DNA from: Armatimonadota bacterium
Lineage (GTDB): Bacteria > Armatimonadota > Armatimonadia > Armatimonadales > Armatimonadaceae
Length of the DNA: 12,742 nucleotides
NCBI GenBank assembly: GCA_043754515.1
Contig: JAYUUO010000118.1
Location: forward strand, 1-12,742
Reading direction: 5' to 3'
The notes below the pieces were generated by a model. It was not told where the DNA came from. It saw nothing but the letters and a program-made list of their open reading frames with translations, and ran no database searches. Below are positions 1-8,521 of the stretch, in pieces; position 1 is the stretch's first letter, and every line of letters starts with the position of its first letter. The translations under genes and the position numbers were made by a program.

Positions 1-98
1 TGCGTCACAATCAAGTCGCCCGGCTCAAAAGGCTTGAACATAAGAATGAGCACGCCGCCGGCAAAGTTGGCCAGCGTGCCCTGTAAGGCCAGGCCCAC
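1..98 (-). pseudogene. mscS: 5'-truncated small-conductance mechanosensitive channel (MscS family) fragment, running off the left edge
   Basis: Manual translation of the minus strand from 98 gives [32 protein letters not shown]. This matches the MscS TM3 pore helix and start of the beta domain (E. coli pattern: [24 protein letters not shown]). An in-frame TAA lies at 107..105, so TM1/TM2 are absent. Not in the supplied ORF track. Confidence 0.8.
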
Positions 99-137
99 GT
101 CCCGTTAGTTTATGGGTGCCGTGGACCCACGTGGCGG

Positions 138-165
138 AAAAGCCCGCCGAGTTTCGGCGGGCTTT
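138..165 (-). terminator. Intrinsic terminator downstream of phyH (possibly bidirectional)
   Basis: Perfect 12-bp inverted repeat AAAGCCCGCCGA (139-150), loop GTT, TCGGCGGGCTTT (154-165). It ends in a U4 tract on the minus strand and sits about 20 nt after the phyH stop. Confidence 0.8.
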
Positions 166-183
166 CTCATCACTCAGGGGGAG

Positions 184-1338
184 CTACTTGTGATCGTGGT
201 CGGCGTGGGGGTCGGATGGCATCGTGCCCATCAAGCCCGACTCCATATCCGCCATCATCGCCATCGCGAACTCGGCCTGCGCCTGCCGCGACTCTTTGGG
301 GAGCACCGCGGCGCACGGCGTCCCGAATCGTGGCTGCGCGAACGCCAGATGTGTGTCGCCCCGCGCGAGGATGTGCGAGCCGTTCGTCGCCTTCGTTTCC
401 GGGTCAATTACCGGGAACGTGTACGCGTCGTCGGCACCGCCGCCGGTCATCGCGCCCCACTGGGTGAACGAGCGGGCGTTGCAATAGTGGCTGACGAAAG
501 AGCGGCGGTACTTGTCCGTGGTGAAGTTTTTCTTCGAGCGGTGTAACACGTGCCCGCCGAAGAATACCACGTCGCCCGCTTTCGCCGGAGCCAGTACCTG
601 GTCGTAGCGATCCGCGATCGTGGAAAGTTCGTTCACCGCGTCGTCCGGGTTGGACGTGTTCTTCACGTGCGTTATGTTTCTGAGTTTGGTGTCCCCGAAG
701 CCGTAGCCGTCGGCGGGCGGGTAGACCGGCTCCGCGTTCGAGTTTTTGGCGAACCACATCGCGCCGTTCAACTCGTCGCAGTCGTCAATCGCGATCCACG
801 CCCCGCAGAGGGTGTCCGGCATCGTCGGAATGTAGTAGGAGTCTTGGTGCCAGCCCTGTCCCGGCTTGCCCGGCGGCTTCAGGAAGAGCATCGTCTGCAT
901 CGCCAGCACATCCGGGCCGATCAGCACTTCGAGCACGTCGAGCACGCGGGGATGGAGCATATACCGCTCGTGCAGTTCCAATTTACGGTGGAGCATGTGA
1001 ATGCGCAGAAAAAACTGCGCCTTTTCGTCGGGCGTCAGGTTTTCGGGCGGTGCCTCAAGCCCCTGCACGGAAACGCCACTATCGCTCCCGGTGTTCCGAT
1101 CACCCATCTGCTTGGTCTGCTCCGGGAGCCGACCCTGCATCAGATCATCGGTGTGCTGACGCAACTCGGCTATCTCCTCGGGCGAGACCAAGCCGCGAAC
1201 GACCAGGAAGCCGTCGCGGCGGTATGCGCAGTATTCCTCTACGGAAACATGATAGCGGCTCGCCCTGTCTGGCGAAAGCCAATCGGCACTGCTTGGTGTT
1301 ATCGTTTCGGGCGGAATCGCCCCGGTGTCGGTAAACAT
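184..1338 (-). CDS. Phytanoyl-CoA dioxygenase (PhyH) family Fe(II)/2-oxoglutarate-dependent dioxygenase, 384 aa
   Basis: Contains 'YRRDGFLVVRGLVSPEEI', 'LHPRVLDVLEVLIGPD', the HxD iron motif in 'KPPGKPGQGWHQDSYY', 'AWIAIDD...NGAM', the distal His in 'GDVVFFGGHVLHRS' and 'RRSFVSHY'. RBS GAAAGGA lies at 1355..1349. Confidence 0.92.
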   Translation of the reverse strand: MFTDTGAIPPETITPSSADWLSPDRASRYHVSVEEYCAYRRDGFLVVRGLVSPEEIAELRQHTDDLMQGRLPEQTKQMGDRNTGSDSGVSVQGLEAPPENLTPDEKAQFFLRIHMLHRKLELHERYMLHPRVLDVLEVLIGPDVLAMQTMLFLKPPGKPGQGWHQDSYYIPTMPDTLCGAWIAIDDCDELNGAMWFAKNSNAEPVYPPADGYGFGDTKLRNITHVKNTSNPDDAVNELSTIADRYDQVLAPAKAGDVVFFGGHVLHRSKKNFTTDKYRRSFVSHYCNARSFTQWGAMTGGGADDAYTFPVIDPETKATNGSHILARGDTHLAFAQPRFGTPCAAVLPKESRQAQAEFAMAMMADMESGLMGTMPSDPHADHDHK

Positions 1339-1379
1339 GGCTGACGTGTCCTTTCACAGTCGGGTTCGTAACTGACTGT

Positions 1380-1408
1380 ATTATAGGGAAATCGCCCGCG
1401 ATGTACAA
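1380..1408 (-). promoter_or_regulatory. Sigma70-type promoter of phyH
   Basis: Minus strand TTGTAC (1408..1403), 17-nt spacer, TATAAT (1385..1380), about 40 nt upstream of the ATG. Confidence 0.75.
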
Positions 1409-1440
1409 TGCTTGATATTTGGCACTTTATGCCTGAAATT

Positions 1441-1469
1441 GATAAGGCGGGGAACGGTAGCTCCCCGCC
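1441..1469 (-). terminator. Probable terminator hairpin after sucB
   Basis: Minus strand GGCGGGGAGC-TACC-GTTCCCCGCC followed by TTATCAATTT, about 25 nt downstream of the sucB stop. The U tract is weak. Confidence 0.55.
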
Positions 1470-1492
1470 CATCCTTACGGGATACCTTCCCC

Positions 1493-2800
1493 CTAGCCTT
1501 CTAGAAGTAGCGTCTCTGGATCCTCGATCAACTGCTTGATCTTTACCAGGAAGCGTACCGCCGTCCCGCCGTCTACTATACGGTGATCATAGGAGAGTGC
1601 CAGATACATCATCGGGCGGATCGCCATCGCGCCGTCCATCACGATCACGCGTTGCTGGATCGTGTGCATCCCGAGGATACCGACCTGCGGGTAGTTTAGC
1701 AGTGGCGTGGACATCAGCGAGCCGTAAACGCCGCCGTTCGTGATCGTGAACGTGCCGCCGGTCAGGTCCGTGATGCCGAGCGTGCCCGCCTTCGCCTTCT
1801 CCGCGACTTCCTTGATCTTTTTCTCGATGCCCGCGAACGAGAGCGTGTCGGCGTCGCGCACCACCGGGACCACTAACCCCTCCTCCACGCCGACTGCGAT
1901 CCCTATGTCGTAGTACCGCTTCAGCACGATCTCGTCGCCCTGAATCTCGGCGTTCAGGTACGGGAACTGCTTCAGCGCGCCGATGACGGCTTTGGTGAAG
2001 AAGGACATGAACCCCAGCCCGACGCCGAACTGCTTCTCGAACGACTCCTTACGTCGCTTACGTAGCTCCATCACGGCGGTCATATCCACCTCGTTGAAGG
2101 TGGTTAGCATCGCCGTGCTCTGCTTCGCCAGCATCAGGTTCGCCGCAATAGTCTTGCGGCGGCGCGTCATCTTGATCCGCTCTTCCGGGCGACCCGTGGA
2201 GGAGGGCGGAGGAGTCTGCGCGGTTGTCGGCCTTGGGGTGGTGGGAGCCGTCACCACCGGCGAATAACTGGCGGTGGCCGCCCGCGTCGTCTCCTGCTCT
2301 TTAATGAGGTAAGTGGCGGGCGCGGCTTGTGCCTGCTCGACCCGATTCGCAACGTCGTCGCGCATGATGCGCCCGCCGGTGCCGGTGCCGGTTACGGTAG
2401 CGAGGTCAACCTTCTCTTTTTCGGCGAGTGTTTTTGCGAGCGGCGTGGCGACCGAATGCGCTTCCGTCATAGTGGGCGCGGCTGATTGCCCGCCCACAGG
2501 CGGCACGGACACTGAATCAACCGCCAGTTTCGCGGTTTCCACCGGTTGCGCGGACGCCGCGCCTCCGTCGGAGATCACCGCGAGCACGTCGCCGACCCCG
2601 ACCGTGTCGCCGACGTTTTTGAGAATATCGCCGAGGATGCCGCTCGCCTCCGCCTGGAGGGACTGGTTGACCTTATCGGTCTCCAACTCCACTATCTCTT
2701 CCCCAGCGGAGACGCGGTCTCCGGCCTTCTTGAGCCACGTGGCGATGGTCGCTTCTACGACCGATTCGCCCATGTTCGGTACCACGATTTGGGTGGGCAT
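1493..2800 (-). CDS. sucB: 2-oxoglutarate dehydrogenase E2 (dihydrolipoyllysine-residue succinyltransferase), 435 aa
   Basis: Lipoyl domain '[19 protein letters not shown]...ELETDKV', peripheral-subunit-binding domain '[20 protein letters not shown]', and catalytic domain '[11 protein letters not shown]', '[19 protein letters not shown]', '[12 protein letters not shown]'. Lies 4 nt downstream of sucA. Confidence 0.97.
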   Translation of the reverse strand: MPTQIVVPNMGESVVEATIATWLKKAGDRVSAGEEIVELETDKVNQSLQAEASGILGDILKNVGDTVGVGDVLAVISDGGAASAQPVETAKLAVDSVSVPPVGGQSAAPTMTEAHSVATPLAKTLAEKEKVDLATVTGTGTGGRIMRDDVANRVEQAQAAPATYLIKEQETTRAATASYSPVVTAPTTPRPTTAQTPPPSSTGRPEERIKMTRRRKTIAANLMLAKQSTAMLTTFNEVDMTAVMELRKRRKESFEKQFGVGLGFMSFFTKAVIGALKQFPYLNAEIQGDEIVLKRYYDIGIAVGVEEGLVVPVVRDADTLSFAGIEKKIKEVAEKAKAGTLGITDLTGGTFTITNGGVYGSLMSTPLLNYPQVGILGMHTIQQRVIVMDGAMAIRPMMYLALSYDHRIVDGGTAVRFLVKIKQLIEDPETLLLEG

Positions 2801-2804
2801 GAAC

Positions 2805-5800
2805 TTACGCTTCCGTCCTTTGTTCGGTTGTTTCGCCGCTCACCCGTGTGGCGGTCTGCTTACTCTTCGCGCCGACACCGTTGGTGTAGGCTCCGTTTCG
2901 GTTTCCGACTCGGGATGCCTCGCCAGTCGTCGGCTCCGGTTCCAGCGTGGCGGGCGTTCCCGCCGCCGTGCCTCGTGAGCCGCCCCCGTTTACATGCGCG
3001 ACCTCCGGGCGACTGACCCCGTCGCCGCCAGCAGGGGCGGGGATGACCGGGGCCATCATGGGGGCTACCGCATACGCGGCGGCGACGATACGCGCCTGCT
3101 CGCGCTCGTGCGTCTTGGCCTTGCCTTCGGCGGGCGAGGCGGCTTCGGGCCGCCCGACGTATTCGAGCGTTACGCCGCGCGGCAGTATCTCGGACAGCCG
3201 GGGCGCGAAGAAAGTCCAGGGGCCCATGTTGCGCGGCTCTTCCTGTGTCCAAACCACCTCGCGCAGATGGGGGTAAATTCGTAATAGCGCGGCTATCGCG
3301 TCCGCCGGGAACGGATATAACTCCTCGACACGGGCGATGGCGATGCCCGCGCCGTTCACGTACTCGGGACGCACCTCGAACCGGGGGGGCGATCCGTACA
3401 CGAGATCCACATATATCTTGCCCGAACATAGGATCAGTCGCGTGACGTCCGCCCTGCGCTCGGCGGGGCGTGGGTCGTCCAGAACGGCGTGGAAAGTGTC
3501 GTCGGTCAGATCGCGCAGACTCGACGCCGCGCGGGGGTGCCGGAGCAGTCCCTTCGGTGTCATCACCATTAAGGGGCGCGGATTCGAGCGTAGCTGTGCG
3601 CCCTGACGCCGGAGCAAGTGATAGTACTGCGCCGCCGTAGTACAGTTCGCGACGATCATGTTGTCGCCCGCGCATAGTTGTAAATACCGCTCGATGCGCG
3701 CCGACGAGTGCTCCGGCCCTTGCCCCTCGGAGCCGTGCGGGAGGAGCATGACGAGCGAGGGAGTCTGTTTCCACTTGGCGTTCCCGGACGCGATAAATTG
3801 GTCTATGATCACCTGTGCCCCGTTCGCGAAGTCGCCGAACTGAGCCTCCCAGAGCACCAGTGTCTCCGTGGCGTGGATCGAGTAGCCGTACTCGAAGCCG
3901 ACCGCCGCCTGCTCGGAGAGGGGACTGTTGTACAGGGCGAGCGACGCCTGCGCCTCCGGTAGATTTTGGATTGGCGTGTATGTCTCGCCGGTGTCGGGGT
4001 CGTGGAAGACCAGTTGCCGCTGGGTGAATGTCCCGCGCTCCACGTCCTGGCCCGTCAACCGGATCGGGGTCCCCTCGCACAGGAGCGACGCGTAGGCGAG
4101 TGCCTCGGCGTGCGCCCATAGAATGGTGTTCTCGCCGTCCAGTGCCTGGCGGCGCGGCTCCACGAATCGCTTTTCCAGGGTCGCGGGCGGCCGGAAGCCG
4201 TCGGGGAAACTGGTCAGCGCGGCGTTAAGATCCCGTAGAGTCCTTTCGGAGACAGGAGTCGGTCCTTCCTCGCTCGCCGGTTCGCTCGGGACCAGTCCCT
4301 TATCAGGCGACGACCGCGCGGGCGGCGCGGCGAGCACTTCGGCGCGCGCCGCCATCAGTTTGTCCTCCACGGACTTCACGATGGCGTCCGCTTCGGCCTT
4401 CGTGACCACGCCTTCCTTTTCGAGAATCTTCGCCCATACCTCGCGCGGGCGCGGGTGGGCATCGATACGGGCGTAGAGACGGGGCTGTGTGAAGCGCGGC
4501 TCGTCGTTTTCGTTGTGCCCGAGGCGCCGGTACCCGACGATGTCTATCAGGAAATCTTTGCCGAACTTCTGGTGATACGCGCACGCCATCCGCGCCACCG
4601 CGACGCAGGCCGCCGGGTCGTCGCCATTAACGTGGACGATGGGGATCTCGAAGCCTTTAGCGAGGTCGGATGAATAGAGCGTCGAGCGGGCGTCACTCGG
4701 GTCTGTCGTGAAGCCGACCTGATTGTTCGCGATGATGTGGATGGTGCCACCGACGCTGTATCCCTTCAGACCGCTCATGTTCAGCGTCTCCGCCACCACG
4801 CCCTGTCCGGGGAAGGCTGCGTCGCCGTGTATCGTGATCGCGAGAGACGCCTTGTTGTCGCGCTTCGGCTCGCCGGGGCCGGTGCGCGTCTCCTGCGCGG
4901 CGCGGGCGCGGCCGGTCACGACGGGGTTCACGAACTCCAGGTGCGAGGGGTTCGGCGCGAGCGTGATCGGCATCTCGCCCCCGGTCTCCCCGGCGTAGGC
5001 GCGGGTGTAGCCCTTGTGGTATTTGACATCGCCGTAGTAGCCGTGGGAGCCGGTTCCGGAGACAGCAGGCTTCTCCTCATCCGTCCCCGTGCCGGTTTTG
5101 TCCACCGGAAAGTCGGCGAATATCTGCGCATAGGGCTTACCCAAAACGTGCGCGAGGACATTCAGCCGCCCCCTGTGCGCCATACCCATGACGACCTCGC
5201 GAGTGCCGCTCTGCGCGGTGCATCGGATGATCGTGTCCAACACCGGCACCATCACGTCGCACCCTTCGATGGAAAACCGCTTCTCACCTTGAAACGGTTG
5301 CTTCGTATGCAAAAACTGCTCGAACCCGTCCACCTCCGACAGGCGCACCAGCAGGTCGCGCTTCTCCTGGGCGGACAGAGGCACGAGAAATCGGCCTGAT
5401 TCGACGGCCTCGCGTATCCAGTCCCTTTCCACGGTGATCTGCACGTGATCATCTTCATAACCGACGGAGCCGCTGTAGACCGCGCGCAACCTTTCGAGTG
5501 CCTCAGACGCATTCTTCGCGGTCGCGGCGAGCGGCCCGCCAACGACGGATGCGGGTAGTGCTTCAAGATCCGAGGTCGTCAGGCCATGCGCGGCGAGTTC
5601 GAGGGCCGGGTCGCCGGGTGGGTCGGTGCCGAGCGGGTCTAAACGGGCGTTGAGGTGTCCGCGCTCGCGCACCAGCCGCCCGAGCCGTGCCGCCGCGACG
5701 ACCTTGATCACATCAAAGGCGTGCGGGTTGCTACTGGTGGGAACCGTCGGGGTGGGGGAAGGGGGGTAGTTACCGGCGGCGAAGAAGGCACGGGTCTCGG

Positions 5801-5897
5801 CGTCTACCTGGCGCGGATCGGACTGATACCGCTCGTACAGTTCCTCGACAAATCCGGCGTTCGCGCCGTAGACGTTGCTACTGTTCACACTGCTCAT
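2805..5897 (-). CDS. sucA: 2-oxoglutarate dehydrogenase E1 component, about 1030 aa
   Basis: N-terminal '[18 protein letters not shown]', then 'KRFSIEG', '[11 protein letters not shown]', 'GDVKYH', 'NPSHLE', the TPP motif '[17 protein letters not shown]', 'GQDVERGTF', '[13 protein letters not shown]', '[18 protein letters not shown]' and 'QEEPRNMG'. I prefer the ATG at 5897 over the GTG at 5942 because homology begins there. Confidence 0.97.
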   Translation of the reverse strand: MSSVNSSNVYGANAGFVEELYERYQSDPRQVDAETRAFFAAGNYPPSPTPTVPTSSNPHAFDVIKVVAAARLGRLVRERGHLNARLDPLGTDPPGDPALELAAHGLTTSDLEALPASVVGGPLAATAKNASEALERLRAVYSGSVGYEDDHVQITVERDWIREAVESGRFLVPLSAQEKRDLLVRLSEVDGFEQFLHTKQPFQGEKRFSIEGCDVMVPVLDTIIRCTAQSGTREVVMGMAHRGRLNVLAHVLGKPYAQIFADFPVDKTGTGTDEEKPAVSGTGSHGYYGDVKYHKGYTRAYAGETGGEMPITLAPNPSHLEFVNPVVTGRARAAQETRTGPGEPKRDNKASLAITIHGDAAFPGQGVVAETLNMSGLKGYSVGGTIHIIANNQVGFTTDPSDARSTLYSSDLAKGFEIPIVHVNGDDPAACVAVARMACAYHQKFGKDFLIDIVGYRRLGHNENDEPRFTQPRLYARIDAHPRPREVWAKILEKEGVVTKAEADAIVKSVEDKLMAARAEVLAAPPARSSPDKGLVPSEPASEEGPTPVSERTLRDLNAALTSFPDGFRPPATLEKRFVEPRRQALDGENTILWAHAEALAYASLLCEGTPIRLTGQDVERGTFTQRQLVFHDPDTGETYTPIQNLPEAQASLALYNSPLSEQAAVGFEYGYSIHATETLVLWEAQFGDFANGAQVIIDQFIASGNAKWKQTPSLVMLLPHGSEGQGPEHSSARIERYLQLCAGDNMIVANCTTAAQYYHLLRRQGAQLRSNPRPLMVMTPKGLLRHPRAASSLRDLTDDTFHAVLDDPRPAERRADVTRLILCSGKIYVDLVYGSPPRFEVRPEYVNGAGIAIARVEELYPFPADAIAALLRIYPHLREVVWTQEEPRNMGPWTFFAPRLSEILPRGVTLEYVGRPEAASPAEGKAKTHEREQARIVAAAYAVAPMMAPVIPAPAGGDGVSRPEVAHVNGGGSRGTAAGTPATLEPEPTTGEASRVGNRNGAYTNGVGAKSKQTATRVSGETTEQRTEA

Positions 5898-6121
5898 AAG
5901 TTTTATTTTCAAAGACGCGCGACCCGTTCTCCAGGAGCGCACGCGAGTGACGCGGCGAAACGCCGACGCAGGACACGCCCCCGCGCCGACGCCGAACGCG
6001 ATATTACAGCTGGAGCAAGTCAGATGCAGGACACAAGGTGATTGTGTCCATTTCTTTCTTCGCTTCGGCTTCGTTATTGTACCGTATGTTTTAGATCGTT
6101 GTGTGCAAACAGAATGTGGTG

Positions 6122-6155
6122 AAAAAAACGCCCCGGTTCATACGAACCGGGGCGT
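6122..6155 (-). terminator. Intrinsic terminator ending the GH/LacI/DUF1559/lipoprotein operon
   Basis: Perfect 12-bp stem ACGCCCCGGTTC (6128-6139), 4-nt loop, GAACCGGGGCGT (6144-6155). The A7 run at 6122-6128 reads as a U tract on the minus strand. Confidence 0.88.
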
Positions 6156-6185
6156 GTCTGTGTATTTACCGGGGAGCGCGTCGCT

Positions 6186-6434
6186 TCACGGCTTCGCGGA
6201 GTTTTCTGCCTGGGCTTTGTACCTGGCCTTCATCTCCGGTGGCATTTTTGCCTCGGCATCGATCCGGGCCTTGATGTCCGTGACGGACTTGGGGTGGGCA
6301 GCCTCGGAACCCTTAACCGCGTTTTTCCCGCTCTCTCTGGCGCAACTTGATAATGACACAGCGAGCAAAATCAGGAGCGCGGCCCGCGCCGTGGGTGTTT
6401 CCATAACCCATGGTTTCGCGAAAAGCAATAGCAT
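6186..6434 (-). CDS. Small putative lipoprotein (82 aa) following the DUF1559 gene
   Basis: RBS AAGGAG (6446..6441) precedes the ATG at 6434. A hydrophobic stretch 'AALLILLAVSLSSC' ends in a lipobox-like LSS|C, followed by a short K/A/E-rich helical tail. The terminator follows. Confidence 0.7.
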   Translation of the reverse strand: MLLLFAKPWVMETPTARAALLILLAVSLSSCARESGKNAVKGSEAAHPKSVTDIKARIDAEAKMPPEMKARYKAQAENSAKP

Positions 6435-6445
6435 GATTCTCTCCT

Positions 6446-7252
6446 TCAATTAGTCTGGAGCGCATCCATCGCGGTAGTAGCCATGGGTGGACTCCATTTA
6501 GATCCCGGCCCGCCCCACCATATGTTCGGCCCCGCGTAGTCACCATCGGCGTCAATGCAGGAGGGTGTGAAACCAGGGTACTCCGCGCAGGGCTTGTCGA
6601 ATGCCCTCTCGTTCTTCATCTGAACTCCGTAGAAGTCGCCCCACTTCAGTTGACTAGCGCGCGACGCCTTCGCATGACCGTCGGTATATACGGAGTTGAT
6701 GAAGACGTTGTGCTTCCCACGCTGTGTTTGGAATCGCCCGTCGTTGTTATTACCCGACCAGTAGGCGGGGTAGCTCGTTAGTTGGAAGTAGTTATCCAGC
6801 CAAGGGCCGCCGCTACCCTTTTTCCGTGATCGCGATTGTCTGTGCCATATACTTGATGTCGGCCAGGGCGTGTGCATTCGAGTCCACGCTGAAAACACCG
6901 AGATAGTTGTATCCATAGGACTGGTTATGCTCTCCTGTCGCTCCCGTGACCGGGGTCGTCGCATTGAGCGGGTCGGGTGATCCCACTCCTTTCGGGGGGC
7001 AGATGAAAATCTGACGATTTTTGGTGTACACCTCGATTTTCGGAGCGGGGGTGTCGAACCAGTTATCGCCGGTCACATAGGAGCGGTTCGGTAATACCTC
7101 GTCATAGTCCTGGACATACTGCATCGTTCCCAGACCCAGTTGCTTCAGGTTGGACAGGCAGGATGTTTGACGTGCTTTCTCACGGGCCTGCGCGAAAACG
7201 GGAAACAAGATCGCGGCTAGAATCGGGTTATGCTTTTCGATTGTACAAACAT
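6446..7252 (-). pseudogene. DUF1559 / prepilin-type H-X9-DG domain protein, disrupted by an N-terminal deletion with frameshift and an internal frameshift
   Basis: The ATG at 7252, behind a purine-rich RBS, reads MFVQSKSITRF*. A different frame carries ILAAILFPVFAQAREKARQTSCLSNLKQLGLGTMQYVQDYDE...SYGYN...AITEKG*. A third segment carries GSGGPW...KHNVFINSVYTDGHAK (H-X9-DG) to the TGA at 6448..6446. ORFs 6813..7208 and 6446..6964 are two pieces of one gene. Confidence 0.85.
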
Positions 7253-7329
7253 GGTTCTTTCCTATCCCTTCGTTGGTGGGCTGCTATCGTCGCGGCATGA
7301 TTCGTACCCACAAACGTCTGTGCCGCCGT

Positions 7330-8508
7330 TTAGCGGTCTTGTAATACCGTGGAATCGCGCGCGATCACTCGTGACCGCATCCTGATTTGTGGGTTCGTCC
7401 GCTCTCCGGCCATCAATCGCAACAATATCCTCCCCGCCTCCTCTCCCATCTCGGTGAGTGGCGGGTGCAGACTCGTTAGCCCCGACCGGCGCGACTCCGG
7501 GGCGTCATCAAACCCTATGATGAGGAAGTCGCGCCCCGCCCGGAACCCGGCATGTGCCGCGTGGCGGATACAGCCCGACGCCGCGAGGTCGCTTGAAGCA
7601 ATCACGGAAAGCGGCGCGGAGCCGACGTGCCGCGCGGTACATGCCGGAATCATGTACTCGGCCACGAACCGATGCGCCGCCTCGTCGAAGCGACGCAACC
7701 ATTCGCTCATTGGCACCTCCGCGCTCTGGCGGGCCACGCGTGCTTTGTCCCAAACCGACACCGCGTCCTCGCCGAGTCCCGCTATCCGCGCTCCAGCGCG
7801 TGCCCCCGCGACGCGGGTCGCTTCCCATTCGGTGTCGAACGGCGCGAAGAAGTCAATCCGCCTGTCGCCCCCGCGCTCCAGCAGATGCAACGCCGCGAGC
7901 GTGCCGGATGCGAACTGGTCGCTCACGATGTTCGGCACTGGGGCCGGTAGCTCGCGAATAGTGACACAGACGACGGGAACGCCCGCGCTCACGATCCGTC
8001 CCACCGTCCGTGTTATCGGATCCGCCCCTAACGTGTCGTGCAGGTCTATGATAACGATACCCCGTGCCGCGCCGCCCGCCAGAAGTTCTCCGGCGCGGGT
8101 CTCTAAAAACGCCTCCGTGCCATCCCCCGAGTCTAGACCGGCGAAGCGCGAAACCACGCCGCTGTCGGCTAATACCCCCTCGATCGAGTTCAGAGTCGAA
8201 CGTTGCCAAAAATCGTCCGGATGACGGTAGTCGCACAGGACGCCGACCACGCCCGCGACAACAGGCGCGCCCGACGCATTCGGCGCGGGGTCATCGGAAT
8301 CGGTGCCGTGACGGCACACCTTCGTCTCTATCACCGCGTGGGCGGGTAACACATACCCGAGTTCTCGCGCGGCTTCGCGCACCTTCAGCCGCGTCGCCAG
8401 ACTCACACCGATCCCGTTCTTCTTTCCGGATAGCACGGTCGAGGCGACCCCCGCCGATACTCCCACCCGGTCGGCGATATCGCGCAGTGTTATTTTCATA
8501 CGACTCAT
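7330..8508 (-). CDS. LacI-family transcriptional regulator, 392 aa
   Basis: N-terminal LacI HTH 'ITLRDIADRVGVSAGVASTVLSGK...VSLATRLKVREAARELGY'. C-terminal periplasmic-binding-protein-like sensor 'AALHLLERG', 'DFLIIGFDD', 'LTSLHPPLTEMGEEAGRILL', 'VIARDST'. The start may instead be the second ATG at 8499. Confidence 0.92.
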   Translation of the reverse strand: MSRMKITLRDIADRVGVSAGVASTVLSGKKNGIGVSLATRLKVREAARELGYVLPAHAVIETKVCRHGTDSDDPAPNASGAPVVAGVVGVLCDYRHPDDFWQRSTLNSIEGVLADSGVVSRFAGLDSGDGTEAFLETRAGELLAGGAARGIVIIDLHDTLGADPITRTVGRIVSAGVPVVCVTIRELPAPVPNIVSDQFASGTLAALHLLERGGDRRIDFFAPFDTEWEATRVAGARAGARIAGLGEDAVSVWDKARVARQSAEVPMSEWLRRFDEAAHRFVAEYMIPACTARHVGSAPLSVIASSDLAASGCIRHAAHAGFRAGRDFLIIGFDDAPESRRSGLTSLHPPLTEMGEEAGRILLRLMAGERTNPQIRMRSRVIARDSTVLQDR

Positions 8509-8521
8509 TTCCTGTTACTGC

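Noticed and set aside
1..130. Structured ncRNA (6S-like) suggested by the hairpin at about 51-78
   Set aside because: The segment translates cleanly as MscS TM3 on the minus strand, which explains it better.
105..135. CRISPR-repeat-like unit (hairpin followed by ATAAAC on the minus strand)
   Set aside because: Single copy, no regular repeat-spacer periodicity, and no cas genes in the window.
112..1344. Plus-strand ORFs 112..546 and 550..1344 and other short ORFs over phyH
   Set aside because: Antisense or alternate-frame shadows of a well-supported gene in GC-rich DNA, Arg-rich and without motifs.
2860..4119. 419-aa alternate-frame ORF inside sucA, and plus-strand ORFs across sucAB
   Set aside because: Arg/Gly/Pro-rich off-frame products of GC-biased codon usage with no recognisable domain.
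5875..6453. 192-aa plus-strand ORF spanning the sucA leader
   Set aside because: It crosses a clear terminator and is antisense to the lipoprotein gene. No RBS or family motif.
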